Below, in pieces: positions 1 through 9,565 of a stretch of 64,000 nt of DNA. The stretch's first letter is position 1, and each line of letters begins with the position of its first letter. Under the pieces are notes generated by a model that did not search any database, was not told where the DNA came from, and worked only from the letters and a program-made list of their open reading frames with translations. The stretch covers positions 37,468-101,467 of the forward strand of contig SGYO01000006.1 in assembly GCA_004321745.1 (NCBI GenBank), in the 5' to 3' direction. A program made the position numbers and the translations under genes. This stretch comes from a bacterium (GTDB taxonomy: Bacteria > Fidelibacterota > Marinisomatia > Marinisomatales > UBA1611).

Positions 1-224
1 TCTTGTTGCGCCTTACTACTAACAGATTTTCTAAATGCTGACATGAGTTCAGGAAGTAATAATCTATCATTAAATTCTAGAGAATCTACCAAAACTCTGA
101 CCCTATCAATTTTTGCATTTAGACGCCTAAGCTCTTTATCATAATTTTTAGAACTTTGAGGGAAAATTAATTCAAAAGACAGAATAAAAGATAGAAATAA
201 TATATATATTGAAAACTTGTTCAT
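1..224 (-). CDS. hypothetical exported protein, N-terminal fragment (gene continues past the window start)
   Basis: ATG at 224..222 opens a stop-free frame to position 1 (MNKFSIYILFLSFILSFELIFPQSSKNYDKELRRLNAKIDRV...). It has a hydrophobic signal-like N-terminus. It is absent from the ORF track because no stop lies in the window. Confidence 0.35.
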   Translation of the reverse strand, partial: MNKFSIYILFLSFILSFELIFPQSSKNYDKELRRLNAKIDRVRVLVDSLEFNDRLLLPELMSAFRKSVSSKAQQ

Positions 225-306
225 GATAAAACCATAATAATTAGGAATTTTAATGTAATTAATTTACCCGATAAAGGTCATAACAACAATATCTTAAAAA
301 TTTTAG

Positions 307-1533
307 TTAATCAGAATAGTTAATGCTAAAACGCATAATCAATCCGACAATTAAATAACTAGTGATTAAAAATGTACCCCCAGCTGATATAAATGGTAGT
401 GGTAATCCTTTCACTGGTATAAGCCCTACTGTCATAGCAGTATTAACGAAGACATGAGCTAGTAATATAGACCCTAAACCAATTAAAATTAAGCTAGAAA
501 ATTTATCTTTTGAGAGGTATGAATTTCTAATGATATTACTTATAAGGTACCCAAAGGTAAATAGTATTGTAATGATTGCAATGAAACCTAACTCTTCTCC
601 AATTACTGATAAAATGAAATCAGACTCTTGTACTGGTAAAAACTTTAAATGAGTCTGGGTCCCTTGTCCCCAACCTTTTCCAAAAAGACCTCCGGAACCT
701 ATAGCAGTTTTACTCTGGATAATTTGATAGGCAGCACCTAGAGGATCTTTATCAGGATATATAAAAGTCAACACCCTATTTTGCTGATATGGGTTTAATA
801 AGTCCCACAAAGGACGAGCGAATAAACCAAAGAAAATATTACCAAAAAAATACCCTGCACTAGCGATTATGTTTGTTTTAGAATAGTAAATTACTATTGC
901 TATGACTAAAGCCCAAAGGGAGAACACGATCACATTAAATGCTGAAAGTATAGATAATACTGGAGCTATTAAAAGAAAAAGGTAAAATGGCCTTGCTCCT
1001 GCCCAATATAACATCGGGAATATAACACTAAGCATAACTAAGGAGGTTCCTAAGTCAGGCTGATTTAAAACAATCATTACGGGTAATATTGCTATTAAAA
1101 TTGGAACAATTATTGATTTAAAATATTGAATTTTTATACTGTTATCTGACAAATATCTTGCCAAAGCAATAACCAAAAAAATTTTAGCAAGCTCACTAGG
1201 CTGAAAATTAAATGGCAAACCAATGTCGAGCCATCTGTAGGTACCAGCATGGGTGTTCCCAAAGAAAGGAAGTATTACCAAAAGTGAACCTAAACCGTAT
1301 ATGAAATAGGCGTACTTATGTATTATATATTTAGGTGTAAGAAAAGAAAATGCAAATCCAATAATCGCCAAAAATAAAAATAAAAGCTGTTTATAAAAAG
1401 GATTCATAGCTAATGATGTGCTTTGGTATGAAATACTATTCAATGCAATGAGTCCTAGTAAACTTAAAAAAAGAGCAGAAAATAAAATCTTCCATGGAGC
1501 ATCATTCACATTAGGTTTTTTTATACTAATCAT
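307..1533 (-). CDS. rodA: SEDS-family peptidoglycan polymerase RodA
   Basis: 408-aa polytopic membrane protein of FtsW/RodA type. It overlaps the upstream PBP2 gene by 4 nt and is the last gene of the mreBCD-mrdA-rodA operon. Confidence 0.9.
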   Translation of the reverse strand: MISIKKPNVNDAPWKILFSALFLSLLGLIALNSISYQSTSLAMNPFYKQLLFLFLAIIGFAFSFLTPKYIIHKYAYFIYGLGSLLVILPFFGNTHAGTYRWLDIGLPFNFQPSELAKIFLVIALARYLSDNSIKIQYFKSIIVPILIAILPVMIVLNQPDLGTSLVMLSVIFPMLYWAGARPFYLFLLIAPVLSILSAFNVIVFSLWALVIAIVIYYSKTNIIASAGYFFGNIFFGLFARPLWDLLNPYQQNRVLTFIYPDKDPLGAAYQIIQSKTAIGSGGLFGKGWGQGTQTHLKFLPVQESDFILSVIGEELGFIAIITILFTFGYLISNIIRNSYLSKDKFSSLILIGLGSILLAHVFVNTAMTVGLIPVKGLPLPFISAGGTFLITSYLIVGLIMRFSINYSD

Positions 1534-3293
1534 CTTGAAACAAAATCATTATCTAAATTTAATTTGCTAAAAACTTTTTTTGCCATCGGAGCTGCAACCG
1601 TTCCACCAGATCCTGCATTTTCTAATAAAATAACTATAGAGTATTTTTCATCATTATAATCAGCCCAGCCAACAAACCATGCATGGTTATCTCCATGAGG
1701 ATTTTCAGCTGTTCCAGTTTTACCATAAATGTCAAAACCTATTACATTAATATCTGCCCTTTTAGCAGTACCATTTTTACTTATTATAGCATCTCTCATA
1801 CCTTTGTGCACATTATCCCAAATTTGATGCTCTAAATTAGGAGAGGTATTCGAGGGAAGATTATCCACAAATACAAAGTGGCAGTTTGGAGCCTTTCCTT
1901 TTGTTGCTAATAAATTAACGTAATTTAAAACTTGCATTGGAGTTACTAGCAACTCTCCCTGACCGATCGCTAGATTCAATAAAACGCCCCTACTCCAACC
2001 GTACTTACCGTATCTTTTCCTCATATAATCACTATCAGGTACAAGACCAGCATGCTCATTAGGAATATCTATTTTTGTTTTTTGACCAAAACCAAAATCA
2101 TTAAATGCTTTATTCAAATCTTTTAAATTAAGTTGCCTCACTGTTTTGTAAAAATAAACATCGCAGGATACTGCCATTGCTTCAGTCACATTTAATTCGC
2201 CATGACCCTCTGTATACCAGCAACCAAATATTCTATCCCCGTATTGGTAAAACCCCGGACAATATTGTTTTACTTCTTTATTAAAATGCTGAGATTTTAG
2301 AAGTGCAATTTGTGTAATCATTTTTACAATTGAGCCTGGAATATATTTACCTTGTATATACCTATTTATCAAGGGTTTATCAGGGTTAGTTCTTATATCA
2401 TTCCAATCTGATTCAGTTATTAAACCAGTGAAAAAATCTGGTGGATAATCTGGAGAACTTACTGCTGCTAAAATTCCACCGTTTAAAGGTTCACCTACAA
2501 GAATTACGCCTCTTTTATCAGTCATTAATTTTTCACAATACATTTGCAGTTCTAAATCAATTGTAGTTTGTATATTACCACCTGGACTAGGCCTTGTATC
2601 ATTAAGCTCAGCTGCAGAGCCAACCTCTCTGCCTGAAGCATCCACTTCATAAAAATACGTACCTCTTTTTCCTCTCAAAAATGATTCATAATACTTTTCA
2701 AGTCCTGACCAACCAACTAAATCACCAAGTTCATATAATTCTTTATTTTTTAAATCTTTTCTAATTACCCTATCAACCTCTTTAACATACCCAAATAAAT
2801 GAGGTGCTCTAACTCCATTGGGGTAGAACCTCTCTGGAATTTGGTCATAATATACACCTTCAAGGTTAAGTTTATTCTCCTCAAGATTTGCTAATTGTAA
2901 AAAACTCATATCCTTAGCTAATCTTGTGGGAGAAAAGCGCCCTCGATAATATTTTTTAAAATTTGACTGAATGATACTTGAATCAGCCTCGATATAATCA
3001 GCAATCAATTTGAACTGTTGATTTTTATTAGACATTTCACCAGGGATAGCTGTAAGAACGTATACGGGATAATTATCTACAAGGATTTCTCCTTTTCGAT
3101 CTAAAATTAAACCTCTAGGAGCATTTTTTGTAACCTTCCTAATCCTGTTTGTATTTGACTTTAACCTGTATAGTTCATGCTCAATTATTTGAATCTGAAA
3201 GTATCTAATACCCAATACCACAATCATAGCCCAAGCTACTACCCTGGCAATTAAAAATTGCCTACTTGATACGATATTATCCGATTTTAGCAT
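1530..3293 (-). CDS. mrdA: penicillin-binding protein 2 (elongasome transpeptidase)
   Basis: N-terminal membrane anchor. Transpeptidase motifs are present: SxxK (GSIVKM), SxD (VSCD) and KTG (GKTGTAE). Gene context is between mreD and rodA. Confidence 0.9.
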   Translation of the reverse strand: MLKSDNIVSSRQFLIARVVAWAMIVVLGIRYFQIQIIEHELYRLKSNTNRIRKVTKNAPRGLILDRKGEILVDNYPVYVLTAIPGEMSNKNQQFKLIADYIEADSSIIQSNFKKYYRGRFSPTRLAKDMSFLQLANLEENKLNLEGVYYDQIPERFYPNGVRAPHLFGYVKEVDRVIRKDLKNKELYELGDLVGWSGLEKYYESFLRGKRGTYFYEVDASGREVGSAAELNDTRPSPGGNIQTTIDLELQMYCEKLMTDKRGVILVGEPLNGGILAAVSSPDYPPDFFTGLITESDWNDIRTNPDKPLINRYIQGKYIPGSIVKMITQIALLKSQHFNKEVKQYCPGFYQYGDRIFGCWYTEGHGELNVTEAMAVSCDVYFYKTVRQLNLKDLNKAFNDFGFGQKTKIDIPNEHAGLVPDSDYMRKRYGKYGWSRGVLLNLAIGQGELLVTPMQVLNYVNLLATKGKAPNCHFVFVDNLPSNTSPNLEHQIWDNVHKGMRDAIISKNGTAKRADINVIGFDIYGKTGTAENPHGDNHAWFVGWADYNDEKYSIVILLENAGSGGTVAAPMAKKVFSKLNLDNDFVSR

Positions 3294-3296
3294 ATG

Positions 3297-3776
3297 CTAC
3301 TGTATTTTGTATAATGGTGTTATTACTTGTAAAATTCCTATGAAAATCAATGTGTACATAGATGTTGCTAGCCATTTTATAATGAACATAGATGGACTCT
3401 GGATTAGCAATTGTTGATAAACTATTAGAGAAAATATCAAGAATTGAACCAATAATATAAATACCCATATTGAGGTAAAATATATTTTGTTCAAACGTTG
3501 ATTCTCCTCTTTCAGAAAGGAACTGAAATATCCTGTCATAGTGTAAACAAGAGGCGTTAATCCAAAGAACTGATTAGTCCCAGATGAAAGATCTATGAAT
3601 AAACCAATAAAAAATCCAAAGAGTGTGCCAACCATACCTCCATTTTTTATGGAGATATAAAGCAGTATGATAACACAAAAATCAGGATCAATAGTACCAA
3701 CTGAAAAAAATTCTGAACTCCAAGATTGAAAAATGAATGTTGCTAGCAGGATGAGTGTGTACTTAAAAAATATCAT
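3297..3776 (-). CDS. mreD: rod shape-determining protein MreD
   Basis: 159-aa multi-pass membrane protein immediately after mreC (ATGA overlap) and before mrdA. Confidence 0.75.
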   Translation of the reverse strand: MIFFKYTLILLATFIFQSWSSEFFSVGTIDPDFCVIILLYISIKNGGMVGTLFGFFIGLFIDLSSGTNQFFGLTPLVYTMTGYFSSFLKEENQRLNKIYFTSIWVFILLVQFLIFSLIVYQQLLIQSPSMFIIKWLATSMYTLIFIGILQVITPLYKIQ

Positions 3777-4567
3777 TTTTCACCTAACACAATGAAAACA
3801 TTTTGTATTGATTCAAAATCATTTTGAATACTTACATTTATTACCTTTTGATAACTACCTCTTTCATCATAAACTCCTGATACAGTACCAACTGGAAGTT
3901 TGGGTGGATATATTTTACTAAATCCTGATGTAATTACTCTATCTCCAATGTTCACTTCAACATTTTTTTGGATTTCATAAACTTTACATGTGTTAGAATC
4001 AAACCATCTAAGAATACCAACTGCACCACTAGGCATTATTCTCACACTTAACCTAAAATTATTATCTGAAATAGATTGGACTATTGCAGAGTTTTTACCA
4101 ACCTGTATTGTTTTGCCAATTACTCCATATGGAGTCAAAACAGCTTGATTTGTAAAAATACTATCTCTACTTCCGACATCAATGGTCAGAGCTTTTATAT
4201 TTGTCTGAATGCCTTTATTGATTATACTCGCAGGAATAATCTTTAATTTAGTTTCTCTTTTGAAATCTAAAAGCTCTCTCAAATTTTTATTTTCATCAGC
4301 TGCATATAAAATGGATTCTAACTGAAGATTAAGCTGAAGGTTTTTTTCTCTAAGAAATTGATTTTCTTCACTGACAATAGCCAAAGATTTCACTTTTACC
4401 ATTGGGGAAGATAAAAAGGAAACTATATCAGATGAGAACCCTCTAACAACGCTCATTTCATCATTATTGCGATTAAATAAAAGAGATATTGATAAGGTCA
4501 CAGTGACTGCAAAGACAAAGTGATCCTTGTTTTTGATAATAAATAATAAAAGGTTGCGCATGAACAA
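3773..4567 (-). CDS. mreC: rod shape-determining protein MreC
   Basis: N-terminal anchor, a coiled-coil segment (QFLREKNLQLNLQLES) and a beta-rich C-terminal domain. It lies 3 nt downstream of mreB. Confidence 0.85.
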   Translation of the reverse strand: MFMRNLLLFIIKNKDHFVFAVTVTLSISLLFNRNNDEMSVVRGFSSDIVSFLSSPMVKVKSLAIVSEENQFLREKNLQLNLQLESILYAADENKNLRELLDFKRETKLKIIPASIINKGIQTNIKALTIDVGSRDSIFTNQAVLTPYGVIGKTIQVGKNSAIVQSISDNNFRLSVRIMPSGAVGILRWFDSNTCKVYEIQKNVEVNIGDRVITSGFSKIYPPKLPVGTVSGVYDERGSYQKVINVSIQNDFESIQNVFIVLGEK

Positions 4568-4570
4568 CCG

Positions 4571-5596
4571 CTAAAGTAAAACAGCCTCGTATTTTTTAAG
4601 ATTTTCTAAGACCATACCAGTGCCTTTTACCACAGATAGCAACGGGTCTTCTGCGACGTTAACAGGAACATTTGTTCTTTCCCTGATAATTTGATCAATT
4701 CCGCGAAGTAGACTGCCACCTCCAGCTACAATAATACCTCTTTCAAGAATATCTGCAGCTAGTTCAGGAGGTGTTTGCTCTAAGCATCTTTTGACCGCTT
4801 CAACTATGGCATTGACAGGATCTTTTAAAGCTTGCCTAATTTCGTCTGAGCTCACTTCAATTGTTTTTGGAATCCCGGTAACTAGATCTCTACCTCTGAC
4901 TGAGATAGTTTTAGTATTCATTTGCATAGCCGAACCAACTGATTTTTTTATTGACTCGCTCATACCTAAGCCAATCTCTAATTTATGCTCATTCCTAAAC
5001 CACTGTAATATAGATTCATCCATCTCATCACCTGCAATTCGAATGGTCTCTTTGGTTACCACACCATTTAATGATATAACCGCTATTTCTGTTGTGCCAC
5101 CACCAATATCAACAATAATATTGCCAATTGGCTGACTAATGTCCAAACCTATACCAATGGCAGCTGCTACTGGTTCCTCTATTAAATAGACCTCCCTAGC
5201 ATTTGCTCTTTCGCCGGAGTCTTTAACAGCTCTTCTTTCAACCTCAGTAACCCCTGAGGGAACACATATCACCATTCTTGGACGAGCCATTCTGCTAAAA
5301 TTAATTTTATTAATAAAACCCTGCAACATGCCATCTGTCATTTTAAAGTCAGCAATAACGCCATCCTGAAGAGGCCTAATTGTTTCAAGGTCTCTATGGG
5401 TTCTACCTAACATTGCTTTAGCCTCATCACCTACAGCAACAATAGTGTCATCATGGATGGTCCTTGCGACTATAGATGGCTCATTTATTACAACACCCTT
5501 ACCCTTTAACCAAATTAGAGTATTTGCGGTGCCTAAATCAATTGCTATATCGCCCGAAATCCAGTTAATAATACCTGATAATGATTTTTTATTCAT
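4571..5596 (-). CDS. mreB: actin-like rod shape-determining protein MreB
   Basis: Actin/Hsp70 ATPase phosphate motifs DLGTANT and DIGGGTTE; typical length of 341 aa. Confidence 0.95.
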   Translation of the reverse strand: MNKKSLSGIINWISGDIAIDLGTANTLIWLKGKGVVINEPSIVARTIHDDTIVAVGDEAKAMLGRTHRDLETIRPLQDGVIADFKMTDGMLQGFINKINFSRMARPRMVICVPSGVTEVERRAVKDSGERANAREVYLIEEPVAAAIGIGLDISQPIGNIIVDIGGGTTEIAVISLNGVVTKETIRIAGDEMDESILQWFRNEHKLEIGLGMSESIKKSVGSAMQMNTKTISVRGRDLVTGIPKTIEVSSDEIRQALKDPVNAIVEAVKRCLEQTPPELAADILERGIIVAGGGSLLRGIDQIIRERTNVPVNVAEDPLLSVVKGTGMVLENLKKYEAVLL

Positions 5597-5677
5597 TTAT
5601 AAATGTATTTGTAAAATATCGACATTTAATTTAATGATTATTAATCAGATACCTTGGTTTATTTTTTTGAATGACAT

Positions 5678-6952
5678 TTAAAAATTTTGGCCAATAAAAG
5701 GCCTATCAAGTTTAAAATCACCAAAACCATTTTGATCTTTGAAAACAAATTGCTTGTTCAATCTGCTGTAATACCAAACCTGATATATTGATGAGCTTGT
5801 GCTTGTAGAATTTGACCTTTCTATTTGGTCTGGGGGACCAAAAAGAATGTATATCATACCGAAATCAGTTTCCCAGCCCTCTCTCCAAGACATATTGAAA
5901 TATTCGTTTACATAATTAACCCTTATATAATACTCTTCCATAAGTTCATTAATGCTAGTATTGGGGGTTGGGTCTCTCTCTTTCCAAAATGATAAGAAAA
6001 GAGATTCTAGTTCTTTACCTTTTTTACCTTTAGCTTTTTTTCTCTCATCATTAGTAAGAATGTATCTCATTTGCTGAAATGAATTTTCTACATTATTGAC
6101 AAACCCAGATAGACCTGGCTTAAAAATAGAAATATTTTTAATAATGGATCTTTCTTTACCATTTTGTTTAATTATAAACTTAGGATTAAGTCCAAGCCTA
6201 GATAAATCATCTTTTTTTAATTTATACCTGGTTACAAAATACCCCTGAGGGGTTTCATCGTTCTCTATTATGATAACTGCATCCTCTTCATTTTTTCCAT
6301 CTAGGAACATTTCAACCTGATATTGCCCTATGTCTACAAAACCAGATATAATCAAAGTTAAACCATCATCAATATTCGTTATTCTTTTTCCAGTTAAAGG
6401 AAACTCACCATCATTAAAACCCCAATTGCCCTCAAGATTCGTAACAATAATAGGTTCAAACAAAATAGGGGTTTTGTCTTTTTTAGAGAAATCTAATTTG
6501 ATTTTTTTCGAACCTTTATTTCGAGTATCTTTATCGTACAATTCTGAATCAATTATATATTCATCCTTACCAACTTTTAAATTCACAAAGTGCTTTTTGG
6601 TTCTATATTTTGACTGAGTTTGTATATAATCGTTTGTAATAATTGAATCTGACCACATTGTTCTAAAAATACGCTTACCTTTTTTATTTCTTAGTGAAAT
6701 GGAAACGTCATAAGAAGCAAAAAAGAATTTTTCTTTTTTAATAAACTGTAGGCTTTGAAATGGAATTTCAACAAAAGCTGTAACAAGGATAGAATCCTTT
6801 GAGAAAGGTTTTGAAAATTTAATTAAACTGTATTTTCCAACGTTACTTAGGACTTTATTTTTGTTTTGTCGCTGACAATAGCTGTAATTAACAGAAAATA
6901 AAAATATAATCAAAATAAAGCCTGAAATTTTCCTCACAAATCTTTTCTCCAT
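5678..6952 (-). CDS. GWxTD domain-containing exported protein
   Basis: Signal peptide plus a C-terminal motif SWREGWETDFGMIYILFGPPDQIE that matches the GWxTD domain signature. Confidence 0.7.
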   Translation of the reverse strand: MEKRFVRKISGFILIIFLFSVNYSYCQRQNKNKVLSNVGKYSLIKFSKPFSKDSILVTAFVEIPFQSLQFIKKEKFFFASYDVSISLRNKKGKRIFRTMWSDSIITNDYIQTQSKYRTKKHFVNLKVGKDEYIIDSELYDKDTRNKGSKKIKLDFSKKDKTPILFEPIIVTNLEGNWGFNDGEFPLTGKRITNIDDGLTLIISGFVDIGQYQVEMFLDGKNEEDAVIIIENDETPQGYFVTRYKLKKDDLSRLGLNPKFIIKQNGKERSIIKNISIFKPGLSGFVNNVENSFQQMRYILTNDERKKAKGKKGKELESLFLSFWKERDPTPNTSINELMEEYYIRVNYVNEYFNMSWREGWETDFGMIYILFGPPDQIERSNSTSTSSSIYQVWYYSRLNKQFVFKDQNGFGDFKLDRPFIGQNF

Positions 6953-8574
6953 TTAAATCTAATTAATCCCTCACTGGTACCCATCCAAATATACTTACCA
7001 ATGTTTTCAACAGTATTTACAGAACCTATAAAATCAAAATTGTACTCACTTACACCTTTTGACTTTAAATTAATTCTAAACATACCTCCATCTGTAGCTA
7101 AAAAACAAAATTTACCTAATAATAAAATATCATTAACATCTAAACCTTTATAATCAGATGCAGGAATAGCCAAATCCCAAAATTTTTCTTCAATATCAAA
7201 CAATACAATGCCAATATTTGTTGCAAAATAAACTAAATTGTTTTGCTGAAAAATAGAAGTAACTCGAGAAACTGGAAAATCCAGATATGAGTCCCCAATT
7301 GATAATGCATTCATAATCTGAGGATTATTTTTATCATAAAGATATATACCTGTTCTTGTAGCTATCCAAACGCCGTAATCATTCAAAAATAAATCGTTAA
7401 CAGGATGATTATAAAATAAATATTCGAAACCCATCGGTTCTTCTCTTTTTGTTTTTCTATCAATTTGCCTAACCCCATAGTAAGAGCCAATCCATACAAA
7501 ATTTGAATCTCCAACCATAGAGGTAATATCAGTATTTGGAATACCTCTTTCCTCACCAAGTGTTCTCCAATAATTTTCTGATTTGTCAAAAACTAATACA
7601 ACACTATTACCACCAACCCACAATACATTATCAAAATCATATAATGAGTGAATTTCAGTTAAGTTCATATTAACAGTTACATCAAAATCAAAATGATCAG
7701 CTTGGAATGTTCTAGTATTTAATTTAGTTACACCCCTTCCAATATCGTATCCTTTAGATCCAATCCATAGTTCTTCATTATTATGAAACAATGCATTAAT
7801 ATTAGACCCACGTATACCGAATTCGGTTGGAAACATTGCCTCCATTGTTTTGTTTCCCTGGAAAAGAGTACCATCAGATGTCCCTATCCAAACATCATTA
7901 TGTTTTCCAATTAAGCCACTAGTTATATCGATATATCTCCCATAGCCATCAATCAACTTTGAACCGGATGCCATCCAACCAGACATTAAAGCATAATCAT
8001 TTAGTACAGATGCAATTTCTGGCTGTTCGTTATATTTGCCACTACTCCAAACGATATTTATTTCATCAGGCATTGGGTATATACCAGCTAAAACTCCAGA
8101 GGATTTATCAAGCTTAACATAAACTGCGCTTGCTTTTGCCCAAATGTAGTTTTTTGAATTTCCTAATTGTACTATTCTATCATTTTTTCTTAGACCAATA
8201 TCAACTAAGTCTATTATTCTCCAATCACCCTCTCTTGTATATGAGTATTGCAGAGATCCATATGAAGATGCCCAAATGATGCCAGTACTATGATCAAAAT
8301 GGACACTATTAATATTATTATTATCTAAGCCTTGAGCTGTTGTAATTGGAAAGTCATACTGATTACCGTATAGGTTATACCTATAAATACCACCATGACT
8401 TGTTCCGATATAAAGAAATTCATAACCCTCTGATATTGAATTTATACTACCAGGTTCTTTAAACAGCAACCAATCAAAAGGCCTGTATTTAGCACTAGGC
8501 TGTGAAGAGCATAATGAAATAAGAAAAAGAAAATAAACGCCAATGTAGCTAATCTTCTTTTTATCTATTTTCAT
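6934..8574 (-). CDS. exported beta-propeller repeat protein (two-component-regulator-propeller-like repeats)
   Basis: Signal peptide. Repeated W(I/V)G(T/S)..G motifs recur about every 45 aa (IWASSYGSL, VWIGTSDGTL, LWIGSKGYD, VWIGSYYGV, VWIATRTGI, IWMGTSEGL). It overlaps the GWxTD gene by 19 nt. Confidence 0.55.
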   Translation of the reverse strand: MKIDKKKISYIGVYFLFLISLCSSQPSAKYRPFDWLLFKEPGSINSISEGYEFLYIGTSHGGIYRYNLYGNQYDFPITTAQGLDNNNINSVHFDHSTGIIWASSYGSLQYSYTREGDWRIIDLVDIGLRKNDRIVQLGNSKNYIWAKASAVYVKLDKSSGVLAGIYPMPDEINIVWSSGKYNEQPEIASVLNDYALMSGWMASGSKLIDGYGRYIDITSGLIGKHNDVWIGTSDGTLFQGNKTMEAMFPTEFGIRGSNINALFHNNEELWIGSKGYDIGRGVTKLNTRTFQADHFDFDVTVNMNLTEIHSLYDFDNVLWVGGNSVVLVFDKSENYWRTLGEERGIPNTDITSMVGDSNFVWIGSYYGVRQIDRKTKREEPMGFEYLFYNHPVNDLFLNDYGVWIATRTGIYLYDKNNPQIMNALSIGDSYLDFPVSRVTSIFQQNNLVYFATNIGIVLFDIEEKFWDLAIPASDYKGLDVNDILLLGKFCFLATDGGMFRINLKSKGVSEYNFDFIGSVNTVENIGKYIWMGTSEGLIRFKWRKDL

Positions 8575-8576
8575 TC

Positions 8577-9560
8577 TTAGTCAATATTTTTATGATGATA
8601 GGTAAAAATCTCTTTTAATGAATCAACTGTAATTGGAAATACCCCTATTTCTTCACAAACTCTTCCTGCTGCAAGGTTAGCAATGAAAGATGATTGCAAT
8701 GGCTCAACACCGCAAATATCATTTATCGCAAATGTGGCAATAACTGTATCACCCGCTCCTGATACATCATATACCTTTCGAGCTTTTGTTGGAATTTGAT
8801 CAAGATTATCATTGTGATAGAGCGACATTCCATCTGCACCTAATGTAAGAAGCAAGATTTCACAATCAATATATTCTTTAAATGAAAAACCAGATTCAGG
8901 TAACTCGCCAAACTTTTTATCCCTCACAATTGCGTTAAACTCTATCAAATTAGGCTTAAACAATCGAACTCCTTTGTATGCATCGTAGTTATTTTGTTTG
9001 GGATCAACATATACAGGTATATTGTTTTTAGCTGCAACATTTATAACATAGGATATAACATCTTTTGTTAAGGTTCCCTTATTATAATCTTCAATGATTA
9101 TGCCATCAACATTAGCAAATTTCAAATCAAAAATATTTTTTAATTCTTGCTCTATTTCAGAATTAATATCATTCGTGTCTTCTTTATCGAGTCTAGCAAC
9201 TTGTTTTCCGTCCGCTATAATACGAGTTTTTACACTCGTCGGCCGACTATTATCTTTTACTAAGTGCAGGCTTATATTATCATTATGCTTGAAACATCCC
9301 TGCAACTCATCATGATTATTATCGTCTCCGGCTATTCCTATAAGCTCAACAGTTACTCCTAAACCTGACAAATTAAGAGCTACATTTGCAGCCCCCCCTG
9401 GCTTATGAGATTTTCTATCAATTGCAACAATTGGAACGGGAGCCTCTTGCGATATGCGATCTACCTTACCAAACTCATAAGCATCTAGAATGATATCGCC
9501 TATGACAAGAATGTTTTTCTTTGTGTAATCCTTGGAGATATTATCGATATCAATAAGCAT
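8577..9560 (-). CDS. hldA: PfkB-family sugar kinase, RfaE domain-I-like (D-glycero-beta-D-manno-heptose-7-phosphate kinase)
   Basis: Ribokinase-fold motifs GGAANVA and DVSGAGDTV. The 327-aa length matches the stand-alone kinase half of HldE. Confidence 0.65.
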   Translation of the reverse strand: MLIDIDNISKDYTKKNILVIGDIILDAYEFGKVDRISQEAPVPIVAIDRKSHKPGGAANVALNLSGLGVTVELIGIAGDDNNHDELQGCFKHNDNISLHLVKDNSRPTSVKTRIIADGKQVARLDKEDTNDINSEIEQELKNIFDLKFANVDGIIIEDYNKGTLTKDVISYVINVAAKNNIPVYVDPKQNNYDAYKGVRLFKPNLIEFNAIVRDKKFGELPESGFSFKEYIDCEILLLTLGADGMSLYHNDNLDQIPTKARKVYDVSGAGDTVIATFAINDICGVEPLQSSFIANLAAGRVCEEIGVFPITVDSLKEIFTYHHKNID

Positions 9561-9565
9561 GGGAA

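Noticed and set aside
3277-3468. Same-strand alternative-frame or antisense short ORFs (3277..3468, 7383..7589, 13859..14077, 25557..25796, 25716..25910, 26837..27097, 28206..28541, 31530..31718, 36360..36545, 37120..37371, 56284..56499, 57719..57907)
   Set aside because: They are nested in, or overlap, well-supported genes in another frame or on the opposite strand. Their compositions are unlike real proteins.
4791-5135. Plus-strand ORFs inside minus-strand genes across the window (4791..5135, 5445..5681, 6330..6617, 9094..9315, 9963..10151, 10179..10400, 10800..10982, 18735..18935, 19606..20287 set, 21216..21413, 28955..29212, 29820..30428 set, 40313..41086 set, 44046..44240, 45752..46024, 47773..48021, 51124..51647 set, 53178..53360, 54723..55262 set, 57589..57834, 60043..61669 set, 63176..63412)
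   Set aside because: Each lies antisense within a longer ORF that has recognisable motifs or signal peptides. None has an SD or a recognisable domain.
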